From a bacterium (GTDB taxonomy: Bacteria > UBA8248 > JACPRG01 > G963555815), in the NCBI GenBank assembly GCA_965261595.1, contig CBDHDG010000004.1, forward strand, positions 480,001 through 544,000: 64,000 nucleotides of DNA, read 5' to 3'. The position numbers and the translations under genes are program-made. This document shows, one piece after another, positions 28,083 to 38,145 of the stretch (position 1 is its first letter; each line of letters starts with the position of its first letter). Below the pieces are notes generated by a model. It was not told the DNA's origin and did no database searches. It was given only the letters and a program-made list of their open reading frames with translations.

Positions 28083-30398
28083 CTAAATCTCTTTTCCCTC
28101 CGCTTTCATCCTTTGAATTTCGGCATAGACCTTCTCCGCCGTCAACGGCAGGTCGTGGATGCGGACGCCGCAGGCGTCATAGACGGCGTTGGCGATGGCC
28201 GCCGCGGTGGGCGCGAGACCGGGCTCGCCGAGTCCCTTGGCACCGTACGGGCCCTCATCATGAGGCACCTCGACGACCAGGGAGTCGTAGGGCGGGCAAT
28301 CCAGGGCCGTGGGGATCTTGTAATCGGCCAGGTTGGGGTTGATGCACTCGCCGCCGTCGTACTGAAGCTCTTCGGAAAGCGCGTACCCCAGTCCGGTCGC
28401 CAAGGCTCCTTCGATCTGGGCGACGCAGCTGATCGGATTGATCGCCTTGCCCACGTCGTGCGCGCCCACGAGCTTTGTGACCACGACGTCACCGGTCTCG
28501 ATGTCCACTTCCACATCGGCCGCCTGGGCCGCGTGCATCCAGAACGGCGTGGGTTTCGCCCCGTGGCCATCCTTATCCAAAGGCGTCGTCTCGTTGTTGT
28601 GCGCCCCCACCCCCATGATGGGGGTTCCCTTTCCACCCTGCCGGTGGTTCCCCATGAGAACATCGGGGATCCCCATCCCCTTGTCGGGATCACTCTTGAA
28701 GCGGATCATGCCATCGTGGATAAACAGGTCCTCCGGCCGGGCTTCCAGCTGCTCGGCCGCACGTTCGAGAAGCTGCTCGCGCGCGTCGATGGCGGCCTTC
28801 TTGATCGCGGGCCCCAGGATGAACGTCACACGGCTGGCCGCCGTGCCCCAATCGAAGGGGCCGATGTCGGTGTCCGCACTCCCCATGACCACCGCTTCCG
28901 GCTTGACCCCCAGCTCCTCGGCGACGATCTGGCCGAGCATGGTGTTCGAGCCTTGGCCGCAATCCACCGCGGAGGATTGAACGTTCACTGTTCCGTCCTC
29001 GTTGATTTTGAGGGTGGCCCCCGCCGAAAACGCGACCGTCGTCTTGTGCATGGCGGCGATGCCCCGCCCCCGCCGGATCCTTCCGTCGCTTGAGCGCTTC
29101 CGGGGCCAATCGATGGATTCGCGGGCCGCTTCCAGGCATTCCCCGACGGCGACGCTGTGGAGCTTTTGTCCCGTCCAGGTGACGTCCCCGTCGACGAACG
29201 CGTTCTTCAGCCGGAATTCGTAGGGGTCCATCCCGACCTGCTCGGCCAGCTCCTCCATGTGGACCTCGTGGGCCCAGCACACCTGAGGAATCCCGAAACC
29301 CCGGAAGGCCCCGCTCACGGTTTTGTTGGTGTACACGCAGAGGGCGTCGACCCAGACGTTGGGGACCCGGTAAGGTCCGGGCGAGCTGTAGCCCGCGTTC
29401 TTGGTGACCATGACCCCGCGCTCGGAATACGCGCCCGTGTCGTAGAGCATCCGGATCTTTCGGGCCAACAGCGTTCCGTCCTTTTTGACGCCCGTCCGGA
29501 TGGTGACCTTCGAGGGGTGGCGCAGCGAGGTCCCCTGAAAGGACTCCTCCCGCGTGAACTGGACCTTGACCGGGACACCGCCGGTCTTCATCGCCAGGGC
29601 CACGGTTTCCGGCTGCGCCTGAAAATGCTTTCCCCCGAATCCGCCGCCCACATACGTGGCTATCACCCGGACCTTGCTCATCGGCATTTCCAGACATTCA
29701 GAGAGCTTCAGCCGCGAAAGGTAGGTCGTCTGCGTGTCGGCCCAGAGGTTGAGCCTGCCATCACGCGTAAATTGCGCGACGTGCGCGTTCGGCTCCAAGT
29801 AGACGTGGTGAACGGCGGGCGTGGTGTAGGTTCCTTCATAGACAATGTCGCTTTGCGCGAAGCCATCATCCACGTTCCCCGTCCGGATCTTGAAATGGTT
29901 CGCGATGTTGGTCCCCGCAACCGGGTAGAAGCCCGCCGTGACTTGATAGTCCCCCAACTCCGGGTGGATCAGGAAGGCGTCCTCCTTCAAGGATTCCTCC
30001 GAATCCAGCACGGCGGGCATCGGCTCATATTCGACGTGGATCAAATCCAGGGCTTCCAGCGCGGTGTCCAGGTCCACCGCCGCGACGCCGACCACCGGCT
30101 CGCCGACGTACCGGACCCGATCCACCGCCATGAAGTTCTGATCGCGCAGGACGAGGCCGAAGCGCTTCGGGTAATCCCGGCCCGTCGTGACGGCCCGGAC
30201 GCCTTTCAGTTTCTCGGCGCGTGCGGTGTCAATGTTCAGGATTTTCGCGTGGGGGTGCTGGCTCCGCAGATATTTTCCGATGAGCATCCCCGGCAACGCG
30301 AAATCGGTGCCGTAGACGGCCTGGCCGGTCGATTTCAAATAGCCGTCCACATTGCCCTGATCCGTGCCGACAACTGTCAGATTTCCATGCTGGTCCAT
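28083..30398 (-). CDS. Xanthine dehydrogenase-family molybdopterin-binding (large) subunit
   Basis: GGGFGGK, GAFRGFG, GQGSNT, AHDVGKAINP and GPYGAKGLGE motifs. Confidence 0.9.
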   Translation of the reverse strand: MDQHGNLTVVGTDQGNVDGYLKSTGQAVYGTDFALPGMLIGKYLRSQHPHAKILNIDTARAEKLKGVRAVTTGRDYPKRFGLVLRDQNFMAVDRVRYVGEPVVGVAAVDLDTALEALDLIHVEYEPMPAVLDSEESLKEDAFLIHPELGDYQVTAGFYPVAGTNIANHFKIRTGNVDDGFAQSDIVYEGTYTTPAVHHVYLEPNAHVAQFTRDGRLNLWADTQTTYLSRLKLSECLEMPMSKVRVIATYVGGGFGGKHFQAQPETVALAMKTGGVPVKVQFTREESFQGTSLRHPSKVTIRTGVKKDGTLLARKIRMLYDTGAYSERGVMVTKNAGYSSPGPYRVPNVWVDALCVYTNKTVSGAFRGFGIPQVCWAHEVHMEELAEQVGMDPYEFRLKNAFVDGDVTWTGQKLHSVAVGECLEAARESIDWPRKRSSDGRIRRGRGIAAMHKTTVAFSAGATLKINEDGTVNVQSSAVDCGQGSNTMLGQIVAEELGVKPEAVVMGSADTDIGPFDWGTAASRVTFILGPAIKKAAIDAREQLLERAAEQLEARPEDLFIHDGMIRFKSDPDKGMGIPDVLMGNHRQGGKGTPIMGVGAHNNETTPLDKDGHGAKPTPFWMHAAQAADVEVDIETGDVVVTKLVGAHDVGKAINPISCVAQIEGALATGLGYALSEELQYDGGECINPNLADYKIPTALDCPPYDSLVVEVPHDEGPYGAKGLGEPGLAPTAAAIANAVYDACGVRIHDLPLTAEKVYAEIQRMKAEGKEI

Positions 30399-30576
30399 CA
30401 AGAACTCCTCGTCCACTGAATATCCGGTCCGGCTGCGCCGACGCGGCGCCTTCCGGGAATTCGGCCATTCTCCGGGCGTCCCTTTTCGGTGAGCGACTCA
30501 CGTTCGGAAGACGCGGAGGAATGTCAGTATATCGCAAAACCGCAACCGGGCTGAGATTGCGCCGCCGCGCCCGGGC

Positions 30577-31608
30577 TTACTCGACCCCAATCTCTCTCAT
30601 CATTTTTCTGTACACGACCGCGACCGCGTCCGGCCCTTTGAGGTGCAGCTCCTCGCTCAGGTCCAGGGGCAGCTCCTCCGGCCGCTGATTCCCGACGACG
30701 ATGAAATCCTGCTGATAGATCGTTTCCATCATCTTGAGAAGGGCGCCGGCGGATTCACCCAGCGGCGGGGCGCAGATCTCCTCATCCTTCCAAACGATAG
30801 GACCGTCGGCGACCTCGGCCGCGTCGAGATTGAAGTTTCGGGTGATCAGCATATACCGGCTGCTCTCTTTGGCCGAATGCGGCGTCATGACCACAAAGAA
30901 GACCTCTGTTTTATCGTCGGGCTGTGCGTTGGTGTTGTGAATGGTGAAGGGCCGGCTGAGACGGTAGCTTCGGCGATGCGGAATGGAACAGAGGTCCGTG
31001 GGGTTTTCCTGAAACCAGAACCGGATGAGATCGCCGTCCCGCTCCAGGTGCATGTCCGGCGCTTCCGCCTTATCGCGCTCTCCCAAAATCCCCTCGTGGA
31101 CCCAGGCGAAGTGGGCCTGGTCCACAAAGTTCTCGATCTCTCTCGCCGCGCTGCCCTTCCACGGTTTACGCTGCCGAATGAACATGCCGAAGCTTGGGTC
31201 TTCAAACTCGGGGAAATCCGGGATCGAGGCCAGGGGCTCGGCGTCCAGACAAACCCAGACGAGTCCGTACCGCTCCTCGGCTTGGTAGGGGGTCAGGCAC
31301 GCCTTTTTGGGGATCGGGTGTTCCGGCGGAATCGAGGGGATTCGCACGCAACGGCCGTCTTCCGCGTAGGCCCAGCCGTGATAAGCGCAGACGAGGTTGT
31401 CCCCCTCGACCCACCCCAGAGAGAGGGGGGTCCCCCGGTGGATGCAGAGGTCATGAAAGGCCCGCACCTCCCCCCCGAGCCGGCAGACCGCCAGCCGCTC
31501 ATCCAAAAGCCGGACCGCCAGGGGCTTCTCGCCCACCTCCTCGGAGAAGGCCACAGGATGCCAGTACCGACGCAAAGAGGGCCAAAGATCGCTTTCCCGC
31601 ATCGTCAT
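30577..31608 (-). CDS. Rieske non-heme iron oxygenase alpha subunit (VanA/NdmA-like demethylase type)
   Basis: CIHRG..CAYHGW Rieske ligands; ENFVDQAHFAWVH; C-terminal QD...QRPEELPLDL. Confidence 0.88.
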   Translation of the reverse strand: MTMRESDLWPSLRRYWHPVAFSEEVGEKPLAVRLLDERLAVCRLGGEVRAFHDLCIHRGTPLSLGWVEGDNLVCAYHGWAYAEDGRCVRIPSIPPEHPIPKKACLTPYQAEERYGLVWVCLDAEPLASIPDFPEFEDPSFGMFIRQRKPWKGSAAREIENFVDQAHFAWVHEGILGERDKAEAPDMHLERDGDLIRFWFQENPTDLCSIPHRRSYRLSRPFTIHNTNAQPDDKTEVFFVVMTPHSAKESSRYMLITRNFNLDAAEVADGPIVWKDEEICAPPLGESAGALLKMMETIYQQDFIVVGNQRPEELPLDLSEELHLKGPDAVAVVYRKMMREIGVE

Positions 31609-31843
31609 TTGTCCTCCACACGAAGCGTTGTCACGCGATTCCCGCAATGAACGAGACTGAATTTTGTATACCATACATGGACCGTCTCCCCCAAGGCTCA
31701 AGGAATTCGGGAGACGCCGCCGGCCATTCCCTTCCCCTTCCCCCCCCCTCTCCCCGCCCGCACTGCGCGAGCCTGCGCACTACCTTGGAATTCGCCCGGA
31801 GAGGAAGATGCGGTGGGATTCAAAAGGCCGATGGGGCAAAACT

Positions 31844-32623
31844 TCAGTACCAAACAAGCCCCGCCGTGACGTTGATGTCCTGGGCCGTCATGTGGGCCGC
31901 GCGGTCCGAGGCGAGGAACGCTGTCATCTCCGCCGTGTCCTCGGGATCGACCAGGGATTTGAGGGCGGAGGGACCCGTGAAATCCGCCCGGACCTCGGCC
32001 TCGCTCCTGCCCTCCCCTTCGGCGATATTTCGAATCACATTGTCGATCCGCTCTCCGGACGTCGCCCCCGGACAAACGGAATTGACCGTGATCCCGAACT
32101 CTCCCACCTCATGCGCCAGGGTCCGCGTAAACCCCATGACGGCCATCTTGGAGCTGGTGTACGGCGTCCGCCTCACCAGGGGGCGCTTGCCGCTCATGGA
32201 GGATATGTTGATGACGCGCCCCCACCGCTTGGCCTTCATCACTGGCAGCACTGCTTTGCAACAAAGAAACGGTCCGATGACGTTCACGGCGAATGTTTGA
32301 TTCCAATCGTCGATGGTGGTCTCTTCACAAAGGGCCGTGGGACCCGCGATTCCGGAATTGTTGACCAGGATGTCGATGGTCCCGAAGGCCCCGAGCGTCT
32401 CTTTCGCCATCCGGTTGACGGACTCCTCGGAGGTGACGTCCGTCTCCACGACGAGGCAGCGGCCTCCGTCGCCTTGAATCTCCTCCGCCGTCGCCCGCAG
32501 CTGATCCAGCGACCGGGCCGCCAGCGTCACGGCCGCCCCTTCCCTGGCCATCACCTTTGCGATGGCGCGGCCAATCCCCCGTCCGCCGCCCGTCACGATT
32601 GCCACCTTTCCCTCCAGCTCCAT
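31844..32623 (-). CDS. SDR family oxidoreductase
   Basis: TGGGRGIG, NNSG and YTSSK motifs. Confidence 0.9.
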   Translation of the reverse strand: MELEGKVAIVTGGGRGIGRAIAKVMAREGAAVTLAARSLDQLRATAEEIQGDGGRCLVVETDVTSEESVNRMAKETLGAFGTIDILVNNSGIAGPTALCEETTIDDWNQTFAVNVIGPFLCCKAVLPVMKAKRWGRVINISSMSGKRPLVRRTPYTSSKMAVMGFTRTLAHEVGEFGITVNSVCPGATSGERIDNVIRNIAEGEGRSEAEVRADFTGPSALKSLVDPEDTAEMTAFLASDRAAHMTAQDINVTAGLVWY

Positions 32624-33040
32624 GCGCGCTCCTCCGGTCTTGGAGACTGACAATCCGGAAATCCTATGTAATACAAGGAGTTAATCCTTATCACATGGCC
32701 TTTTCAGGTGTCAAACGGGATAACGGACGGTGAATGCCCGCTGACGATGATGGGATCGAGGACGCACTTTGGAGTCGTGAACATCGCGTTTTGTGTTAAA
32801 ATCCGATTTTGGAAAATGACGTGTAGAAAAACAACCTGTGGAGCAATAGGAGCCTCACGCGCCCAGCGCGAAATTCCTCCCGGCTTCCACGCAGAGTCAG
32901 GCCCGTGGCGTCTCGCTGTTCCTCAAGAAGATTTTTCTGAAACAAGAGCCGCATCGCGCCGGGAGATCGAGCGCCGGAACGGATCAAGCCGGCCGGCGGG
33001 ACGCCCTTCCTTCATTTTTCGCTACGGACCGACAGTCTCG

Positions 33041-34096
33041 ATGACGAGCAAAACACTTCCCCCGACACACCGCGTTGTGGCCTGCCGGGGCGGCGACAGG
33101 ACGGAGATCGAAGAGCGCCCGGTCCCCAGGGTGGGCGATGAGGAGGTGTTGCTGCGCCTGCGTGTGGTGGGGCTTTGCGGCACCGACCTGTTCAAGCTTG
33201 GAACCGGCGCGGCGTCCCCGGGCCAGGTCCTCGGCCACGAGGTTGTGGGCGAGGTGGTGGACAAGGGACCCGCTGTCACACGCTTCGAGGAAGGCGACCG
33301 CGTGGCCGTTCCCCACCATGTCTCTTGCGGCGCGTGCCCCCTGTGCCTGCGGGGCGCGGAGACCATGTGCGGCGATTTTAAGGAGAATCTCCTTGAGCCC
33401 GGCGGATTCGCGGAGCGAATCCTGGTGCGTCCGCGGGCGCAAAACCTGGCCGCGCGCAGGATTCCCGATGGGATCGCGGACGAGGCGGCGGTGTTCATGG
33501 AGCCCGCCGCCTGCGTGTTGCGGGGTGTCCGGCGGGCCGGCGCGGACGGCGTCGGCGCGATGCTCATCCTGGGGGCGGGCAGCATGGGCCTGCTCCACCT
33601 GTTGGTCCTGAAGGCGCTGTGGCCGGAGGTCAAGGTCGTCGTTTCCGATCCCGTCGCCGAGCGTCGGGCGCATGCGTTGCGCCTTGGGGCCGACATGGCG
33701 GTGAACCCCGGCGGAGAGGCGGCCGACGCGATCCGGGACATGACCGGCGGACTGGGCGCGGAAACGGTGTTCGACACGGTGGGCGGGGCGAAGCCGCTCG
33801 GCGAGGGAATCGCCCTGAGCCGCGAAGGCGGGACAGTCGTCCTGTTCGCCCACGCCCCCGAGGGCGGACGCGCGGATTTCGAGATCAATGATCTGTTCAA
33901 ACACGAGCGCCGCGTGATCGGAACCTACTCCGGAGGGACGGCTGAGCAGGCGGAGATATTCCGCCTGCTCACCGAAGGGAAGCTCGATCCCGCCCCCTTG
34001 GCTACACACAGGCTGCCGCTGGAGGAATTCGAGCGCGGGGTGGAGCTCGCGCGGACGAGGCAGGCGCTGAAAGTGTTGTTCACACCCTCTGGATAG
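33041..34096 (+). CDS. Zn-dependent alcohol/polyol dehydrogenase
   Basis: CGTD, GHE, CGACPLC..C and GAGSMG motifs. Confidence 0.88.
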   Translation: MTSKTLPPTHRVVACRGGDRTEIEERPVPRVGDEEVLLRLRVVGLCGTDLFKLGTGAASPGQVLGHEVVGEVVDKGPAVTRFEEGDRVAVPHHVSCGACPLCLRGAETMCGDFKENLLEPGGFAERILVRPRAQNLAARRIPDGIADEAAVFMEPAACVLRGVRRAGADGVGAMLILGAGSMGLLHLLVLKALWPEVKVVVSDPVAERRAHALRLGADMAVNPGGEAADAIRDMTGGLGAETVFDTVGGAKPLGEGIALSREGGTVVLFAHAPEGGRADFEINDLFKHERRVIGTYSGGTAEQAEIFRLLTEGKLDPAPLATHRLPLEEFERGVELARTRQALKVLFTPSG

Positions 34097-34105
34097 GGAC
34101 GCCCG

Positions 34106-35182
34106 ATGGCCGATCAAAACGCAATTCCGACGACGATGCGCGGCGCCTGGTTGCTCGGACCCGAAAAGATCGAAATCCGCGAAACGCCGGTGGCTCCCCC
34201 CGGCCGCGGGGAAATCCTGTTGCGCGTTCGGGCGGCTGTGACCTGCGGCACCGACGTGAAGGTGTATCGCCGCGGGGGTCACGCCCGGATGCTGACACCG
34301 CCCACGCTGTTCGGCCATGAGATGGCGGGCGAGGTCGCCGCGGCGGGTGGGGGCGTAATCGGCTTTGCCGCCGGCGACGACGTGGTCGTCGCAAACTCCG
34401 CCCCCTGTCTGGAATGCTCATACTGCCGCGCGGGCCGCGAGAACCTCTGCCCGGACTTGAAATACCTCAACGGCGCCTTCGCCGAGTATCTCCTTGTTCC
34501 CGAGCGCTTCGTGCGCACGAGCACCTACCACAAGCCGGCCGGCCTGGGCTTCGAGAAGGCGGCCCTCGCCGAACCGCTCGCCTGCGTTCTTCACGGCATG
34601 GAGGCGTGCGGCCTTGACGCCCAAGATGAGACAGGGGCCGTCGCGGTCATCGTTTACGGGGCGGGCCCGATCGGCCTCCTGCACGTGGCCGCTCTCAAAC
34701 GGGCGGGCTATCGGGTGATTGCGGCCGACCCCAATCGTTCAAGACTCGAAGCGGCCCAGGCCTTGGGGGCGGACGAGATCGTCGCCATCGAGCGCGGCGG
34801 CGGCCAGGCGGAAGCAGTCAAGGCGCTAACCGCCGGCGGTCTTGGGGCCGATTACGCCATCGACTGCACCGGCGTGCCGGAGGTGTGGGCCGATGCGATA
34901 GTGTCCGTTCGGCCCGGCGGGGTCGTCTGCCTGCTCGGCGGCTGTCCGGCCGATACAATGTTGCCCCTCGACGCCCAATGGCTGCATTACAGCGAGATCA
35001 CGGTGAAGGGCGTTTACCATCATCGCCCGGCGATGGTTCGCCAAGCCCTGACAATCCTCGCCGATCCGGCCTTCGAGGCCGAGCGCCTCCTGTCCGCTGT
35101 GCGGCCCATCGCCGAGGTCGAGGAAGCGCTGCGGAGCATGATGCGCAAAGAGGCCCTGAAGGTGGTGATCAAGGTTTTGTAA
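34106..35182 (+). CDS. Zn-dependent alcohol/polyol dehydrogenase
   Basis: CGTD, GHE, CLECSYC..C and GAGPIG motifs. Confidence 0.88.
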   Translation: MADQNAIPTTMRGAWLLGPEKIEIRETPVAPPGRGEILLRVRAAVTCGTDVKVYRRGGHARMLTPPTLFGHEMAGEVAAAGGGVIGFAAGDDVVVANSAPCLECSYCRAGRENLCPDLKYLNGAFAEYLLVPERFVRTSTYHKPAGLGFEKAALAEPLACVLHGMEACGLDAQDETGAVAVIVYGAGPIGLLHVAALKRAGYRVIAADPNRSRLEAAQALGADEIVAIERGGGQAEAVKALTAGGLGADYAIDCTGVPEVWADAIVSVRPGGVVCLLGGCPADTMLPLDAQWLHYSEITVKGVYHHRPAMVRQALTILADPAFEAERLLSAVRPIAEVEEALRSMMRKEALKVVIKVL

Positions 35183-35508
35183 ACCGGCGGGGCGAAAAAA
35201 TGGCCGAGAGCGCCGGGCGGCGCGATTGTGGATTGGAACGCGACACAACGGCTCGGAAACGGAAATGAAAGCCCTGGCCCGCCCCCACGCTCAGAATCGT
35301 TGCCATTTCTCGAAATATTTCCTCTAATTCCACTGCAAATCCCCGTAAATCCAGCGGAAACTTGACACCCACACCGCTTGACTGTTAATTTTCCACGATT
35401 TCAATATTGGGAACGGGACCCCTTCTTGGCGTCCGCGGTTGGGGTCAACAAAGGGGGGGGGGAGAAAACCGGGGAGCTAAACCCCTTGCTTCATTGAGAG
35501 TTAACGCC

Positions 35509-36315
35509 TTGGATATCATCGTCTGCTTTAAACAAGTGTTGGACCCGGACATCCCCGTCCGCGATTTCAAGGTGGACGAGGACGCCAAGTGCGTCGTCCC
35601 GCCTCCGAACGTCTCACCCGTCATCAGCAACTTCGACGAATACGCCATCGAGGCGGCCGTTCAGCTCAAAGAAGCCTTGGGCGGGACCATCACCGTCCTC
35701 ACCGTGGGCGATGACGGTCCGAAGGACAATATCAAGAAAGCCCTGGCCATGGGGTGCGACGAAGCCTTCCTTCTGAGCGACCCTTCATTCGAGGGCTCCG
35801 ACGCCTTCGGCTCCGCGCAAATCCTGGCCTCGGCGATTCGGAAGATCGAAAATTACGATTTGATCCTCTTCGGCCGGGTGTCCTCCGACTGGAGCTCGGG
35901 CGCGACGGGCCTTGCCGTCGCCGAGAACCTGGGTCTGCCCGCCGTCACGCAGGTCCAGAAGATCGAGCCGGGTGAGGGCTCCCTCCGCGTCCGCGTCGAG
36001 CGGGTCATCGAGGACGGAAGCGCGGTCTATGACGTGCCGCTGCCCTGCGTCCTCACCATCAGCAACGAGATCAACGAACCCCGCCTGCCCACGGTTCCCG
36101 GCATTCTGAAGGCGTCGCGGAAAGAGGCGCCCACGTGGAGCGCGGCGGACCTCGACCTCCCGCCCGGCGGGTTCGGCGACGGCGGTTCCGGCGAGGACCT
36201 CCTCCGCCTTTACATTCCCCAACACGAGAGTCAGTGCCAAATCGTCGAAGGCGACTCGCTTGAGGAGGCGGCCGAAAACCTGGCCCTCCTCCTCCGCGAG
36301 CGGAAGCTTCTTTGA
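35509..36315 (+). CDS. etfB: Electron transfer flavoprotein beta subunit
   Basis: IIVCFKQVLD, FDEYAIEAA, ALAMGCD and NEPRLP; TTG start. Confidence 0.92.
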   Translation: MDIIVCFKQVLDPDIPVRDFKVDEDAKCVVPPPNVSPVISNFDEYAIEAAVQLKEALGGTITVLTVGDDGPKDNIKKALAMGCDEAFLLSDPSFEGSDAFGSAQILASAIRKIENYDLILFGRVSSDWSSGATGLAVAENLGLPAVTQVQKIEPGEGSLRVRVERVIEDGSAVYDVPLPCVLTISNEINEPRLPTVPGILKASRKEAPTWSAADLDLPPGGFGDGGSGEDLLRLYIPQHESQCQIVEGDSLEEAAENLALLLRERKLL

Positions 36316-36326
36316 GGGAGAACGAT

Positions 36327-37316
36327 GTGACGCAACCCATCCTGGCCCTGGCCGAGAGCGCGGACGGAAGGCTTGCTTCCGTCACGGCCGAGGTGCTCGG
36401 AACCGCCCGGAAGCTGGCCAACGAGTCCGGCGCGGCGGTCGTCACACTGCTGGCGGGATCCGAGGTCTCCGCCCTGGGAGAGCCGTTGATCCATCTCGGC
36501 GCGGACCGGGCCATTGTCGTGGACGACCCCCTGCTCGCCGGATATGAGGGCGGCGCCTATTCCTCCGTCGTCAACGGCGTCATCGAAGACGTCAAGCCCT
36601 CGGTTTTCCTCTGCGCGCTCAACGATGTCGGCCGCGATCTGGCCCCGCGCGTGGCCCACCGCCAGAACGCCCACCTGGCTGGCGACTGCGTGGACCTTCG
36701 CCGGGAAGGGGACAGGCTTATCGTGAGCCGTCCGGTCTGGGGCGGCAGCGCGATGGCCGAGGTGTCCTCCCGGGACGGCCGCATGCAGGTGGTCGCCCTC
36801 CGGCCGAAGGCCTTCCCCCGCGCCGAGGCGGACGCGGCCCGGACGGGCGAGGTCGAAGCGCGGCCGGCGGGGCTCGACGCGGCCACCCTCCCGGTCAAGT
36901 TCCTGGAGAAGGTCAGCGTCAAGACGGAGGGGGTGCGCCTCGAGGACGCCGCCGTCGTGATCTCCGGCGGCCGGGGGCTGGGCGGGGCGGAGAATTTCAG
37001 CTACCTGGAGGAGCTCGCCGAGGTTCTGGGAGCGGCGCTCGGGGCGTCGCGCGCGGCGGTGGACGCGGGCTGGGTCCCGCCGCAATACCAGGTCGGCCAG
37101 ACAGGCAAGATCGTGAGTCCCGACCTCTACCTCGCCGTGGGGATCTCCGGGGCGACGCAGCACATGGTCGGCGCCGGACCGTCCAAGAACATTGTGGCCA
37201 TCAACACCGACCCCGAGGCCCCCATCTTCGAACGGGCTCAATTCGGTGTCGTGGGCGATTACAAGCGGGTCATCCCGGCGTTCACGGCGAAATGCCGCGA
37301 GCTTCTGGACCCCTAG
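36327..37316 (+). CDS. etfA: Electron transfer flavoprotein alpha subunit
   Basis: [25 protein letters not shown] and GISGATQH motifs. Confidence 0.93.
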   Translation: MTQPILALAESADGRLASVTAEVLGTARKLANESGAAVVTLLAGSEVSALGEPLIHLGADRAIVVDDPLLAGYEGGAYSSVVNGVIEDVKPSVFLCALNDVGRDLAPRVAHRQNAHLAGDCVDLRREGDRLIVSRPVWGGSAMAEVSSRDGRMQVVALRPKAFPRAEADAARTGEVEARPAGLDAATLPVKFLEKVSVKTEGVRLEDAAVVISGGRGLGGAENFSYLEELAEVLGAALGASRAAVDAGWVPPQYQVGQTGKIVSPDLYLAVGISGATQHMVGAGPSKNIVAINTDPEAPIFERAQFGVVGDYKRVIPAFTAKCRELLDP

Positions 37317-37355
37317 CTGAACGCGGGCGCATCATTACCGAAAAGGAAACGGACC

Positions 37356-38120
37356 ATCAAACCTTCCCCCCCCTACTCCCGACTGGCCGAGTTGTATGAC
37401 CGACACTGGACTGGGGATTTCGCGCGTGCGATTTTCGAGCGGTCTTCGGCGCTGCTCAAGGGCGAAGGCATCAAGCCCGGGGCGATGATCGACCTGGCGT
37501 GCGGGACGGGCCGGCTGGCCATCCTCTTCGCCGCAAAAGGCTGGACAGTCACCGGCGTGGACCTCTCCAAAGACATGCTGGCCGTCGCCGAAAAGAACTC
37601 CCGCAAGGCGAAGGGGGGACGGAAAATCACATATGTCCGCGGGGACATGCGGAAGTGGTCGAAGGAAAACGCGGCGGATCTGGTCACATGCGTCTACGAC
37701 AGCCTCAATCACCTCCCCACCAAGTCCGACCTCCAGAAGGTCTTCCGCAACGTCTACAAGACGCTGAAGCCGGGGGGAATCTTCCTGTTCGATCTCAACG
37801 ACCAGGAGTTTTACGAAACCTACTGGAACGGCCGCGCGGATTTTGCCGAAGGGAAGGACGATTCCCTCGTTGTCCGGTTGTCCTATTCGGCCAAACAATC
37901 GACCGGGCGGGTGGAATCCACGGCGTTTTTACGAAAAGGAAAGGTCTACGAACGGGTCCAGGAGGTGGTCATGGAGCGGATGTTCACGCCGAGCGACGTG
38001 GCCCGGATGCTGGGGACAGCCCGGTTCGTGGACATCAACGCCGGGCGGTTCAACCCGATCCCCCTCCCCTACCAAGGAACGCTCAAGACCTTCTGGTCGG
38101 CGAAAAAAGAACCCTCCTGA
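37356..38120 (+). CDS. Class I SAM-dependent methyltransferase (start uncertain)
   Basis: YSRLAELYD, DLACGTG, GVDLS..ML, DSLNHL and LKPGGIFLFD motifs. Confidence 0.85.
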   Translation: MKPSPPYSRLAELYDRHWTGDFARAIFERSSALLKGEGIKPGAMIDLACGTGRLAILFAAKGWTVTGVDLSKDMLAVAEKNSRKAKGGRKITYVRGDMRKWSKENAADLVTCVYDSLNHLPTKSDLQKVFRNVYKTLKPGGIFLFDLNDQEFYETYWNGRADFAEGKDDSLVVRLSYSAKQSTGRVESTAFLRKGKVYERVQEVVMERMFTPSDVARMLGTARFVDINAGRFNPIPLPYQGTLKTFWSAKKEPS

Positions 38121-38145
38121 TCCCTCGACGCTCCGGAATCCCGTC

